Below, piece by piece: positions 34,700 through 47,776 of a stretch of 64,000 nucleotides of DNA. Each line of letters opens with the position of its first letter. The first letter of the stretch is position 1. Source of the stretch: Tricharina praecox (lineage: Eukaryota); contig NW_026250421.1 of the NCBI RefSeq assembly GCF_024521635.1, positions 620,001 through 684,000 of the forward strand, given 5' to 3'. The notes beneath the pieces were generated by a model. That model saw only the letters and a list, made by a program, of their open reading frames with translations, was not told the DNA's origin and did not search any database. Made by a program: the position numbers and the translations under genes.

Positions 34700-37624
34700 G
34701 TGAGGAGTGGATGAGATGTTGTCATAGATGGAAAGTGCTGTTTGGATGTCATATCATGGTCGGTAGGAGCGGGTGTTTTTCAAGATGTTCATTTGTCATT
34801 GGGATCTACAGTGCGCTTGGGTGATCCCATCGACATCAAGTCTTCACGATGTGATGTGATATTCAATCGCGGGGAATGATGAATTCAAGGAAGAGAGAAG
34901 CGCAAGGCTCTAGATCCGCACCCCGAGTCCATATGTATCATTCCCTTCGCTCTGGATCCCACTGTTTGTCAACAGACAGACAGACAGACAGCAAAGTTCT
35001 TCCTCCAACGTAACGCCTGGGAATTGGATCGGACGCTCTCAAGTGATGTGATGTCGCCTCCCGGGCTTCCATGCTGAACTCGCATCTACTAGCATTTGAA
35101 ATCCGCTTCGCCGGAAGCAACGAATGCCACCCCTCACCCTCCTACCTAGGTACATCTTTCACATAAATAAGCACGTAGAAATACCTGCCACTGCCCACTG
35201 CCTACCGTTCTAGAGCTCACTCGTATTAGTATTCGGATCCGCAAGGCCCACCCATTCCTCCACGTGCGCGCGGGGGAAGGGGGTGGGAAGTGTCGACGCT
35301 ACATATGTATCGCCAACGGGTAGCGGGAGATCAGCGGGCAGGCAGGGGACAGCCGTATGTAAGAGTAACTTCCCGCCGCCGACGGACGGGCCATGCAGGG
35401 GCCCCCGGGATATCGGAATGGGGTAGTTTCTGGCACCTGGCAGCACGGTTGCGGTTGAAGTTGTGTTCGAAGTTGTGTTCGGCGGCGGCCGTTGATTCCT
35501 GGAGTTTGGAGTTTAAAGTTTGGTGAAGTACATAACACTCGCCGCACACACAACGGCTACTGCGCAGGAGTAAGTGCTAGGACAGTTTCAAGTTTCCCCA
35601 TGGACTGCTGGCCGCTGTAACGCGACGGTGGACCGTGGGAGCCGTGGATAGACCATTGCAGGCGCCGGAGCACGTGGATGTGTGTATCTATCCTGCACCA
35701 GTGCACCCCGGATGTGGCAATGGGCTGGCACTGGCTTGCGCTGTGGTGGCCCGTGCGGATCGGAGACTCGACATCTTGCGACGTGAGTCGCCAGAGAAAG
35801 TGTGATTCATGTTCAGCGATGTTCAGCGAGGTGAATGGTTTTGTTTGATCATCCCGAAGGTCAGCTCATGGAGCTGGAAATTGGAAAAGGAAGGTAAATA
35901 GGAAGTAGAAAAGGCGAGTGATTCACAATGCACGCCTTGTCATCTTGTGCACTCTAGATCTCCCGAGTCCTTACGTGTACTTGTACAAGCGTATGGCAAG
36001 ATACTTAGGCTTTCACGGTCGCTCCCTTGGCGATCACTTTATTCAGACGACCACAACTCCACATCACGGAAAGAAAAGGCTTGAGTTCCCATCACTACCC
36101 GGCGGGTTTCAAGAGAATATTCGGAATCGAAGAGACGGCACCATTTCGCCGTTTAGAGTTGATTGCCTCTAGAAGATCGCACTGGTGTTCCCTCGCCCTT
36201 CCTCGGCCGAGCTGGGTTATGTAGTTACATCCAAGCTTTTGAGCAACCCCACGGGCCACCTCCCGAAGCCTTGGGCAATGGGTAGCCACAATAAGCATTC
36301 GCTTAACTATTATACTATAGCCCACACTCTCGGCCGCAACTGAAACACCTCACGAGACCCCACGAGACCTCACGAGACCTCACGTCTCACTCTTCCATTT
36401 CCAAAACCTCCATCAGAAACACCGACTCTGCGGTTTTCCGACTCTCGACGGGCTTAGACAGCAGAAACATCGGGTAATCACTCCCACTTGCGCCTTCGCC
36501 TGCAATCGCGATCGCAAGTTTCCTGTCGCAAGGATGAATGCTGTATGTATGTATGTGGCATGATGTCGTGCAACTTTCTGCAAGGAGCTTCGGAGTCCTT
36601 TACCATGTCTTTACCGTGGCAAAGGAAGGATGAATGTAGGTATATTGCCGAAACCATGCACGGCGGTGGGCTCTACGAGCAAGGACAAGGACTAGGAGCT
36701 CAGTGAAGACCGAAGGTAAATGATAATCCCTTCCTCGCCAGTACGTTTTCGGAGGTAGAATGGAGAAGACGAGGAATATGGAAAGGCTTCGGGTTCCGTG
36801 AAGTGCTCTCCACAAATCCATTGTTTGGTGATTTTGCATGATGTCTCGGTCTTGAGTAGGAGGTGGTAGCGATAGTGCATGAACTAAGTGCAGTAGCCAT
36901 CAGTGGAGTGTCCCCGGAAAAGTGTGTTATTCATCACGACGGATTCGGTGTCGTTCTTCATGTCCATGCAAGCAGCTGAGGTAATCGGAAATCTTCTTCC
37001 TCTTCTTCTACTTCTTCTTCTTTTGTCTATCCACATTGTCGTTGCTGTTTAAGAACATCGAACCGACTGTCCTGCAGAAGAAGTTGTTGTCTCATCTCAC
37101 AAAGCAACGCCACGGCACAGCACAACGATAGGCTGAACAGCAAGTACCGCCGTGACCACCCCATTACCAGCTCCCAGAGTTCCCCACACCAATAGTCAGC
37201 GCATGAAATTCGCCCCGTTGATCTCTCACCAATAGCCTTACCTGTATCCTTCCATCTCACCCGACTGCCTCCGTCTACCCTATTTTGTCGTCCAGCAGCG
37301 AGGCAGGCAACGAAGCACCAGCATCGGATGGGAATACCCTAACCCGCTTCGCTACCGCCCACACCACCTCCTCCTGCCCGTCATTGGCTCCAAGCCAGTC
37401 GAGACACCCCACCAATCACCCCACCCTACCTTGCATTGCATAAAGTCATCCGCAGGTATCCCATCTTCATCCAACAATCGTCGCGGTACATTCCCACCCC
37501 AAGACAGTCGAGAGAAAGAGAAAGATACTTGTGAGCGCTCTTCGTTGCGAGTCTTTTGTACCAGATCGCACAGCTGAGCTTGCAAGTCGAAGAACTTCAT
37601 CTATCGTTGAGTCAAGCTTTCGCG

Positions 37625-40600
37625 ATGTGCGGAGGTCCTAAGCCCAACGCAGCCGAGGGAGACCAGTCGGAGTCGGACGGTTGCCGCGGAGATTGTGCGA
37701 ATGCAAGCGGGAGTGCGAATGCAAGCGGGAGTGCGAATGCGAGTGGGAGCGCGAATGCGAGTGGGAGCGAAGATACTGCCTCTCGCCAGAGCGTCAAGGG
37801 GCCGGATGAGCATTGTGGAGCTGTCGAAACAGAGCAGGAAACTAGAAGAGGATGTAAAGAAGAGCCGGCGAAGACATCTGGCAAGGCTGTCGACACTGGC
37901 TCGTGTTCGGGTGGATGCTGCGGCGAAGAGACCAACAGCCATACGCATGACGACGGCTACCAGCCAGGCGCCCAGGAGCATGACGGCGATGATCATCAGG
38001 GCTGCGATGGCCCCGACCATGCCTGCGACCACAGCCTTGGGCACAATCGTTCTCATGAGAACACGCACGCACCGCCAGTAACCGAGCCCGATGAGAGATG
38101 CTGCGCGGAGCAGCCATGCGTTTGCGACGGTAAGCCACTGCTCGCAAGTCAGATCTGAGCCACAAACTAAGCCAGGAATACATGCGTGCAGAGATCTGTG
38201 AACTCAACTATGTATCGCTTCTGCATGAGCAGAGCGGGTGCAAACGTACGAAGATGGCGGCTGTCGCGGCGGAGAAGCCTGTTGCTGAGGAGATTGCGAC
38301 GAATCCCAACCCGAAGCGCTGGCTATCCTGCTCCCATTGTCTCAACAGCGCGCGAAAGGTGTCATTGACGGTGGAGGCCAAAGCGTGTTACTGCAAGCTC
38401 ACACGCAGCTTGAGTCGCTCCGTAAAGTCTCTTGCCGCCATGGAGTTCGCATCGGGATGTTGCAGGGTGAATACGATGCGCCGGCAGTATCAATTTTGCG
38501 GGGATTGCGATGGACACAACCACGAACACAACCACGAGCACAACTATAGCTATGAAGACATCATTAGTCACGATCATGGCGAGGAGATCGTAGGTATCAA
38601 GGAAGGATGTGACAAAGCAGCGACCATCTCTGAAGTGGAAATAGAGTCTGGGCCTTGCTATAGCCGTCACCTAGCCCTCGGAATCTCTGGAATGCATTGC
38701 TCAAGCTGTGCCGACGACATTGTGAAAATACTGGGAAACATCGCTGGAGTCGACAGGAATGACATCAAGGTCAGCTTTATAATGAGCCGCGCCGAATTGA
38801 AATTCGATCCCAAGATTGTCAAAGATGCAGACAACGACATCCGCGTGAGGGTATTGAAGAGATTTCCGAGGCTTGACATTGTTGTGTTGTCCAATTCAAA
38901 GGTGGACGATGATGAGCTCGATGGAATCATTAGGATCCGAATACGATCAGAAGGCATGGACTCCGAGGCACTTCGTGGCATGGCACTTGGAATCTCAGGG
39001 GTGGTCTCCGTCGATCTGATTGGTGGGGAAGAGGTGGAACTCGCATACGATCCCGACAACATTGGCATTCGCAACATCTTGGCGATCCTGGAGAGCCAAA
39101 CCAGCGGCCATGCTGTTGAGCTTGTGGACATCCCAGATGGAGCAGTAGCTGCCCAGGTAGCAGATAAAAGATACCTCCGCAGTATCGCCTTCCAAACGAT
39201 CGCTGCCGGCGCCTTGACAATACCCGTTCTCGTACTTTCCTGGTCGGGCGGCCGACTCCGGGTGGATCCGATCAATCGCTACAACGTTGAGTTCTCCATG
39301 GCGACGGCGATCATCATTGTGGCCCGAAGAATATATCTCGACGCTTTCCGGTCATTGTGCAATGGCTTGACCATCGACATGGACGTGCTTGTGTCAGTTG
39401 CAACGGGCGCAGCATACATGTTTTCGGTGGCAGTTTTCGGCTTTGTTTTAGCAGGAGCATCTTGGGTACGCCATCAAGACCAAAAACCATTCTTCGAGAC
39501 CAGCTGTCTGCTGACGACATTGATCCTTGCTGGTCGCTGGATGACGGCGGGCGTTCGAACGTGGGCGTCACGGCGGTTACGGTCCATTGGGGATGGAGAG
39601 CTGCAGGCTTCCGAAGTCCGTTTGTACGACCCGCTCTCACAGGAGAAGAGTCTGGACGCCCGAAAACTGCATTACGGAGATATGATCATTGTGTCCCAGG
39701 GCGAAACGGTTGCAACGGACGGACTGATTGTCGAGGGAACCGGACAAATGGACGAATCCCACCTCACAGGCGAGCCAAAGCCACAAACCAAGAGCGAAGG
39801 AAGTTTCATCCTGGCCGGAAGTACGGTGGTCTCTGGCGAAGTCAAGTACCGGGTCTCCAAGCTAGTCCAAGAGAACACCATCTCGACCATCAAGAATATG
39901 GTCAAGCTCGCGTCGCAACAGAAGCCCCGGATACAGGAGATCGCCGATATGGTGGCTTCTTACTTGACGCCTTCAATCCTAATCATCGCGTTAGTGGTAT
40001 TCTTGATCCACCTGCTGGTTGGAGCAAGAATGGGGTGGGGTGAGAGCGCAGTTTCTGCCTTGACATACTCTGTTGCTACTCTCGCTATCTCCTGTCCATG
40101 CGCCATCGGTCTTGCTGTTCCCATGGTTCTGTTGATCGCAAGTCGAGTCGGCGTTAGCAAAGGAGGATTCGTATTTCGCAATCCAGCAGCAATAGTGAAT
40201 GGCAGGAACGTCGGGAAAGTCATCTTCGATAAGACGGGGACGCTCACTACAGGACAACTACAAGTGGAATTCTCGTGCGTCGAAATCGGCGGAGTCATGC
40301 AAAAACATTCTCCAGACGCTTATGTCCTCACGGTGTTACGGACTCTGTGCAAGGCCAGCAACCACCCTGTGGCCAAAGCGATGAACAGGTTCGCTGAGAG
40401 CCTGGAGCCCAGCTCTGGAGGTACCGAGTTGTCGGAGGAAGTGACCACAGTTGTGGGTAAGGGCATCGAAACGACAATCGAGGGTGCCGTCTATCGAGGC
40501 GGAAGACTATCGTTCACAGCTCCCGAAGCTGCAAATGATCCAGAGGTCGTTGCTATTCTGGAATCGGCCCAATCCATCTTTACACTTTCTCGTGACTTCA

Positions 40601-41274
40601 AGCTCATCGCGATTTTCGGCTTGAAGGATGACACCATCAGGCCAGAGGTCCCGCTCGTCCTCGAGAATCTGCGAAAACAAGGCATCGAACTCTACATTTT
40701 CTCCGGCGACCGCCCGGAGGCTGTGTTCCCATTGGCAAAGGAGCTTGGAATTCCGTCCGCGAACGTTTACGCCGACTGCTACCCCGAGGACAAGCGAGCT
40801 AGGCTGGAGGCTCTGAAGAACCGTACATCCGAGACGAGTGCGACTTCCAAGGGCTTCACCGATTCAAAACAGAGTTTACTCCAACGTATCAAGGCCAAGC
40901 TGAGCATACAACGCAAGGGCATTATTTTCGTAGGCGATGGCACGAACGATGCGATTGCACTCATGGCAGCGGATGTCGGAGTCTCGTTGTCGCAATCGAT
41001 GGACATGGCAGCCAGTTCCGCGGACGTCTCGATAATTTCCGACTCGATTGTGGGGCTCGTGGGGTTTCTGGAGCTATCGCGCAGGGTGAACGTATGCATC
41101 ATGATTAACTTTGCATGGGCAATACTGTGGAACCTAGTCGCGATTCTGGGAGCGAGCGGTGGGTGGGTCAAGGTGAGGATTGCGCCCCAGTGGGCGGGAC
41201 TGGGCGAATTTGCAAGTCTTTTGCCAGTCCTTGGTGTCAGCTTGGCGGTTGGGTTGGGATATGGGGGTGGATAG
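37625..41274 (+). CDS. Heavy-metal P1B-type ATPase, Pca1-like, with Cys/His-rich N-terminus; intron 38130-38191
   Basis: GMHCSSC HMA, DMDVLV, LTGEP, SCPCAIGLA, DKTGTLT, HP, GDGTNDA. C-terminal WAGLGEFASLLPV resembles Pca1 rather than the MxxSS of Ccc2-type Cu ATPases. Confidence 0.92.
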
Positions 41275-41850
41275 GATGGTGGAGGGAGTTTCTTTTGTAG
41301 ATAGGCGTGATGGTGGACGTGGCGGTGGATGAGGGGTGGGAGGTGGGGGGATAATTGCGGAGGTGGTTGTGCGCGGCAGCGGTGGACACCTTGATGGTTA
41401 CCACCCGAGGTCACCCTTGCCGGCAACGACGACAGAATGTTTTTACCCACTCCAGGTATCTGGAATACCGGTATCTAGAGTAAAATTACTTGCTTGTACA
41501 GGACATGGTCGGTTGGATCGTTTGGCTTGCGACACCGTGTGGTTTGATTTTTCTGCAGCTTTGCTTTCATCCTCCTACTTCGGAATTTTCTGCGTACTTG
41601 CTTTAGAGTAAATCGACTGATTTTTGAACGGGTCAGATGGAGAAGGAAAAAGGCAGGGAGAGGATGGAATTGGGACTGAACCGTAGCTGAGATGAAAGAA
41701 AATTTACATACGAATACGAATGATCTATATACCGAGCCAGTGGGCAGCTACTCGGCCCGCACCCGCATCCTCGGGTATCTAGACTCGAGAATCCAGGCAA
41801 GCCCTGTGCCCTGGCTTGCCTGAAGACGACAGCCGGCCTTTTAGCGTCGT

Positions 41851-42470
41851 AGGGCCTATTGACTCTTGAGTTTAAATCGCACTTCCTACGCGAGGGAAGT
41901 CTTACATAGACTCGGCAGTGCCTATTGACCCTTGAGTTTGAATAGCACTTCCTACTCGAGGGAAATTTGGATTTTTACAGTGCCTATTCACCATTGAGCT
42001 TCATTTCACCTTATATTCGAGGGAAGTTTTGAATTCGGTAGTGCCTATTGAGCCTTGAGCTTCATTGCACTTCCTACGTGAGGGAGGTTTTGCAGAAGAC
42101 TCCTTTGCCAACACCCTCCAGGCCCGCGGCGGGTCGAGACATGAGCACACATAGAAGAAAGGGGAGGTAGAGGTTGATCGTCTATTCTGTATAAGATAAT
42201 TGAGAGAGAAGAAGAAGAAGAAGAAGAAGAAGAAGAAGAAGAAGAAGAAGAAGAAGAAGACCCCACTATGACCGCCAAAATTGATTTCCACCACCGTTGA
42301 TGCCCACTACTAGTACCAACCACATTCGTTTTTTTCTCACCGACAGCCTCTCCACTTTCCGGCAGCTCTTCCATCACTCCGCCATAGAGGTATTGAACTT
42401 GACAGTGCCTATTCAGCATTGAGCTTCATTGCACTTCATACTCAAGGGAAATTTTGAGCTCGGCAGTGAA
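41851..42470. repeat. Degenerate ~61-66 bp tandem repeat (AGTGCCTATTGA...GCACTTCCTAC..GAGGGAA) split by a segment containing (GAA)n
   Basis: Unit starts at ~41851, 41917, 41979, 42040, 42404 and 42465 (partial); (GAA)n at ~42206-42260. Confidence 0.85.
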
Positions 42471-43652
42471 GCCTCCAGCCCCGCTTCAAAAATACAATTC
42501 TCGTCTTGACGAGATCCGATGGAGTGGCAGCGAGATGCAGAATGAGAAGACTAGAAGCCGCAAGATCAAAGAAATCTTCTAGTATCGGTCGTGCAGTGAT
42601 TGACTCCCGCACAAACCACCTTTTCTGGGCGTATTCTCGCGGCCGTGAGTAGAAGAACCTTGAAGATCCACTCACGGTGAAGATAGCTGATGCGACACCT
42701 CATGAGTCTGGGCCCTTGGGTGAACGATATTTAGGTTACCCATGTACACCTCTGGGGCTTCGTGACCATCGCTTCGGGCAAAAGGATTGAACGGAGAGAT
42801 GTCGGCTCGTTGTGAAGGTGTTCGGCCAGCACAGGGCAGTATGTATCAGTTGCTCGCCCATTGGGGGAGGGACTCGCGACTCTTTATCTGTATGGCGATT
42901 GTCATGGATTAGGTTAACTACCCCACGCGGCAGCTTGACTTCTGTACGCGGAAGCCAAGTTCAACCTGCGTCGGCTGCAGTGGCAGTCTTACAGACAGTA
43001 GGTTCCGCATACCAGCGGATATCTGCCAGGTGGTTCTTGCGGAGGCGGGGGTTCCGATAGTGCTGACTGGTGGGCGATATCCGGACGATTTTAGGTGATA
43101 CCTTGTGGTCGGTTGCCTGGATACCTATATGGATCGGTTCACTCGGAACCCGCCCGTAACCGGTGAGTTCTTGGGATACCATATTCCATCAAAATACAGC
43201 TTGAATGAGAAATTGTTTGAACGTCTTCCACGCAAGGACAGTGCGGACCGTGCCCATAAATGCAAAACAAGGCAATGGGTTTCAAACCTAGAGCTACGGA
43301 GAAACGAGACCGGCACGGGTATATGCTGCTATTTGTGATTTCTCGTCTCACAGCACAGACAGAATCCGACAGAACCGGACGAATCCTACGAGTGGGACTT
43401 TAATCCCATGGTGAAGAGGTTTTGCGGGACGTAGACTGCGAGATCATGGAAAAGTCTGTCTAGATGGCATATTGTAGATGGTACGAACGGCGGCTTCTTT
43501 TGTTTATAAGGACGAGATAATGCCCACAATCCGTTTCTCATCAGCATCACATTCTCGTCTTCTCATTCGAATACATTCATTCGTTCTTTATTCCACCTAC
43601 CACACGATCGTTCAACATCTTCAAGCAATATTCCCTTTTCAATTTCCTCAAG

Positions 43653-45959
43653 ATGCTCAAATCCGCCACTCTCCTTCTCGCCGCGCTCACCGTCGCCAAT
43701 GCGGCGCCCGCTCCCCAAGGCGTCACTGAAGTGATTACTCCTCTCACCCAGGCCCCTGCTGGATGCTCTCTCTCGAGCCCTAGGACTTTTGGTCTCTCCA
43801 TCAGCTCTGTGCCTGGCATCGGTTAGTCTGCGCATCCTCATCTAATTGACCAAGACACTAACAAATGCCCCCAGTTGCCAGCCGCAAGGCAAAGCGCCAG
43901 GTCACGCAGATCGCCGACGGCCAGATCCAGGCGCCCGCCAACCCCGCACCCGCTAGTCCCTCCTCCACTGAGTCCGAGGCTCCCTCCTCGACATCCGCTG
44001 AGTCCGAGGCTCCCTCCTCGACATCCGCTGAGTCCGAGGCTCCCTCCTCGACTGAGTCCGAGGCTCCCTCCTCGACATCCGCCGAGTCCGAGGCTCCCTC
44101 CTCGACTGAGTCTGAGGCTCCCTCCTCTACATCCGCTGAGTCCGAGGCTCCCTCCTCGACATCCGCCGAGTCCGAGGCTCCTTCTTCCACCTCCGACTCT
44201 GACTCTGACTCCGACTCTGACTCGGATTCCGAGGCTCCTTCCTCCTCGTCCGGCGCCGAGGGACCCGCTGAGACCGGCGCTACTCCCGGTGGTGTGACGC
44301 AGATTGGTGATGGCCAGATCCAGGCTCCTGCCAACCCTGCTCCCGCTGGCCCCTCCGCTTCGTCGGGTGCTGAGGCTCCTGCCTCTTCCTCTGGTGCTGA
44401 GGCTCCTGCCTCTTCTTCCGGCGCCAACGTAGGCGGCGTCACCCAGATCGCCGACGGACAGATCCAGGCTCCAGCCGACGTCTCTCAGATTGCTGATGGC
44501 CAGGCCGCTGCCAACGCTAGCCCCGCGGGCGCTGCCGGCGTTGTCGGTGCGGGAGGTGTCACCCAGATCGCCGATGGACAGATCCAAGCTCCCGCCAGAA
44601 TTGCCGGAGCTGTCGGAGCTGCCGGTGTCACCCAGATCCAATCTCCCGCCGGAGCTGGCGGTATCACCCAAATCGCAGACGGCCAGATCCAGGCTCCCGC
44701 CGGAGTTGCCGGTGTTACCGGTGTCTCCCAGATCCAATCTCCCGCCGGTGTCTCCCAGATCCAAGCTCCCGCCGGAGCTGGCGGTGTCACTCAGATCGCA
44801 GACGGCCAGATCCAGGCTCCCGCCGGAGTTGTTGGACCTGTCGGAACCCGTGGTGTCGGTCAAGCCGCTGGCGGTATCACCCAGATTGCCGATGGCCAGA
44901 TCCAAGCCCCCGGCCAGGTCGCTTCCTACTCTAGTCCCGTGGGCGCTGCGGGCATTGTCGGTGCGGGCGGTGTCACCCAGATCGCCGACGGACAGATCCA
45001 AGCTCCCGTCGGAGTTGCCAGCGTCTCCCAGATCGCGCCCTGCGCCGCTCCCGTGAGTGCTGCGCGGGCTGGGCGTGTAGGCGGCGTCACCCAGATCGCA
45101 GACGGCCAGATCCAGCTTCCCGCGGGCGCTGCGCGGGCTGGGCGTGTAGGTGGCGTCACCCAGATCGCCGACGGACAAATCCAGGCTCCTGCCGGACCTG
45201 TCGGCGTCACCCAGATTGCGGATGGCCAGATCCAGGCTCCCGCCAACATCGCGGCCAACATCGCGCCCTGCCGCTCTACCGTCTCTAGGGTCATCGAGCC
45301 GGTTGTGCCCACCCTCAAGGCTTCCACCTACCGCTTCAGCTCCTACATCAAGCCGATCTCGAACTACTTCTGCCCCACCACTCCCTCCGAGCGGATCATC
45401 CGTGAGTCTCTCCCGCGTCGATTGACCGCGGTCGCTTGCTAACCGAATCCTAGGGCCAGCGGACTGCTCCACCAACGGGCTTGCCGGCAACCTCGGAGTC
45501 TCAGCCGCGTATAACGCCGCACCCGCCGCCGCCATCAACGCCGCACCCTTCACGGCCAACGGCGTCACACAGATCGCCGACGGACAGATCCAGACCCCGC
45601 GGCTGAGCAAGCGCCAGAACGGAGACCCGCTGCAAGTCACCCTCAACAACGGCGTTCTGACCGACAGCCTCGGCCGCACCGGCTACATCGCCGACAACCG
45701 GCAGTTCCAGTTCGATGCGCCCGCACAGGCTGGCGCCGTCTACACCGGTGGGTTCTCCGTCTGCGATGATGGCACCCTGGCCCTCGGCGGAAACAAGCAG
45801 TTCTGGGCGTGTGGGAGCAGTGATTGTAGCCCTCCCCCTCCTCCGCCTCCTCCTAAGGAAGTTGTGAGCGTGTGCTGATCTGTGACAGTCAACAACCTCT
45901 ACGACGAGGAGATCTTCCCGGGCGGAAACTGCCAGCCAGTTTACATCAACGTCGTCTAG
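43653..45959 (+). CDS. PIR-repeat cell wall mannoprotein (CIS3/PIR family), 4 exons
   Basis: Signal peptide MLKSATLLLAALTVANA, Kex2 site KAKR|Q, about 13 QIADGQIQ repeats, and C-terminal PIR domain GRTGYIADNRQFQFD...GFSVC...FWAC...NLYDE...CQPVYI*. Introns 43822-43874, 45402-45453, ~45826-45888. Confidence 0.93.
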
Positions 45960-46400
45960 ATTCCACTGAATGAGGGTTGCGGGTAGTGGGGGAGGGGAGG
46001 GGAGGGGAGGATTTCCTTTTGTAAGTATATGTACAGTTATGTAAGTAGTTTTTTTAGTTATGCGCCCAAGGTTAAATGAAATTTCAAATGTTTGCACTTG
46101 ATATTCATCGGTACTCACTCGCTTCATGACTTTTCAACCGGGCTTTCATATTCCCATTCTCTCTAGCTCCTACTTGGAACTGGTCTCTTTCGACGACTCG
46201 GGAGGAGAGAGAACGGGAGTAGTGCCACGAAGGGTATCTACGGTATGAGTGTGGCCCTTGGAGTCTCGCAACTAGCAGTGGCCATTGTGTACTAACCACT
46301 CGCTCCCATCCTCCCAGAAATCCGCATCCAGCTCGAACCGAAAACAAGAGACAGAGAGAGTCTAAGAAAAAATATTTTTTTTCCAAACCATGACACCGCG

Positions 46401-47141
46401 CTAGAAAGCCAAACCCTTCATCTCCTCCGTCGTCCAGAACTTGCGCATATTTTCCGCCTTGAGCATAGTGACCTCCTCCTCGAGGTGTTTCCAGAGGACG
46501 TCGCCGAACGCGCGCATCTTCGTGTCGAGCACCAGCCACTCGAGGCGACACCTGCCATCTCTGCACTCCTCGAGGTACTTGCGCATTTCGTCGAGGCCGG
46601 TATGGATCAGCTTGTGCTGGGCGATCATGGCGCCGTGCTCGGCGCCCTTGCCGAAACACGGCATCCGCTTCGCCAGCGACGGAAACACGTGCGCCTCCTC
46701 GATCGCGTGGTGCATCTCCAGCTGCGACGCGAACCGCAGCCCCTGCGTCAGCAGTTGCCGCACCGTCGTCCGCGGAGGGAGCTGCTGCGCCGTGCATGCC
46801 CCCTCGAGGAGCCGCCATTGCAGCCGGAACGAGTTGTGCTAAACGCATGTTAGCCGGCAACCGCCCCGTGGGCGCGTGCGTGTGTGCGGGGACGGGGGAC
46901 GGGGGACGGGGGGACGGGGAGGGACGCGGAAATGTACGAATTGCTCCATGTGCTCGGCTAGGTAGTTGTACTGTCGGAACTCGGCCGCGGTGAGCGGGGG
47001 AAGCGGGGGCCCCTCCTTCTCCGCCTTCTCGGGCTCCTTGGGCTTCTCGTGGCCTACTTCCGCGCCCTTCTCCTTGTCCTCCTCCTCATCTTGACCAGGG
47101 AATGAGGGGGGTTGTTCGTCGGGAGGCGATACGTCGCCCAT
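46401..47141 (-). CDS. Hemerythrin/HHE cation-binding domain protein, intron ~46937-46839
   Basis: Spliced HMEQF|HNSFR; HHAIEEAHVFPSLA; QHKLIH; HLEEEV - the HHE His/Glu pattern. Confidence 0.88.
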
Positions 47142-47776
47142 GTTGCCTTGCCGTGTGATGATGGGGTGTGATCGGGATGTGATCGGGATATTATAATGGT
47201 GTTAACTATGTGTGGGGGGGAGCAGGCATCGGAACTGAAGCCCGCGTCGCGTTTTATGCAGGGAGGATTTCGGCAGCCATGCCAGGCTCAGCCGACCGGA
47301 CGGATCCCTGCTGCGGATTACGCAGCGATTGCAGATGCAAGGAGAGCGAAGGTTTTGCGACGATTATTGCGGAGAACCTGGTTTTTGGGTGGGTTTTTTG
47401 GCGGTTCCCCGGGTCGCGTCGCTAAAGATTGTTGGTTAGGAGTTTGGCCGGTGGTATATATACAGTGGAGTACATGGTGCTCGTATTGGGCGGTCACCAA
47501 TGGTCACTCGTCAGTGGCTCGGACTCCCCAGCACAGAAAGGGATGGGCTGGATACGACTCTATATTATTGACCGCTATATAAAAACCTAAATGATCCGTA
47601 TTCCCTCAAGTGCTGCATTCCCCCTTTATGTGTAATATACTCCAAAACGCCATACTATGCCCATTCGTCATCATCCCCTCGCACGAGATCTAGCTGTCAC
47701 TGTGCGCGTACAGTTGCATTTATAGATTTGCTGTAGGTAACAAAAGTGTTAGTAGCCATTACATTGGAGGCTGCAT

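Noticed and set aside
41851..42470. Possible CRISPR-like array
   Set aside because: Units are contiguous degenerate repeats without unique spacers, there are no cas genes, and the context is eukaryotic.
43838..45679. 613-aa antisense ORF over the PIR gene
   Set aside because: Shadow of repetitive, C-ending codon usage on the sense strand; no independent motif.
37625..47141. Metal-handling gene cluster (P1B ATPase, hemerythrin protein, nearby ferric-reductase fragment)
   Set aside because: The genes are separated by unrelated loci, the reductase is only a fragment, and no shared regulatory motif was found.
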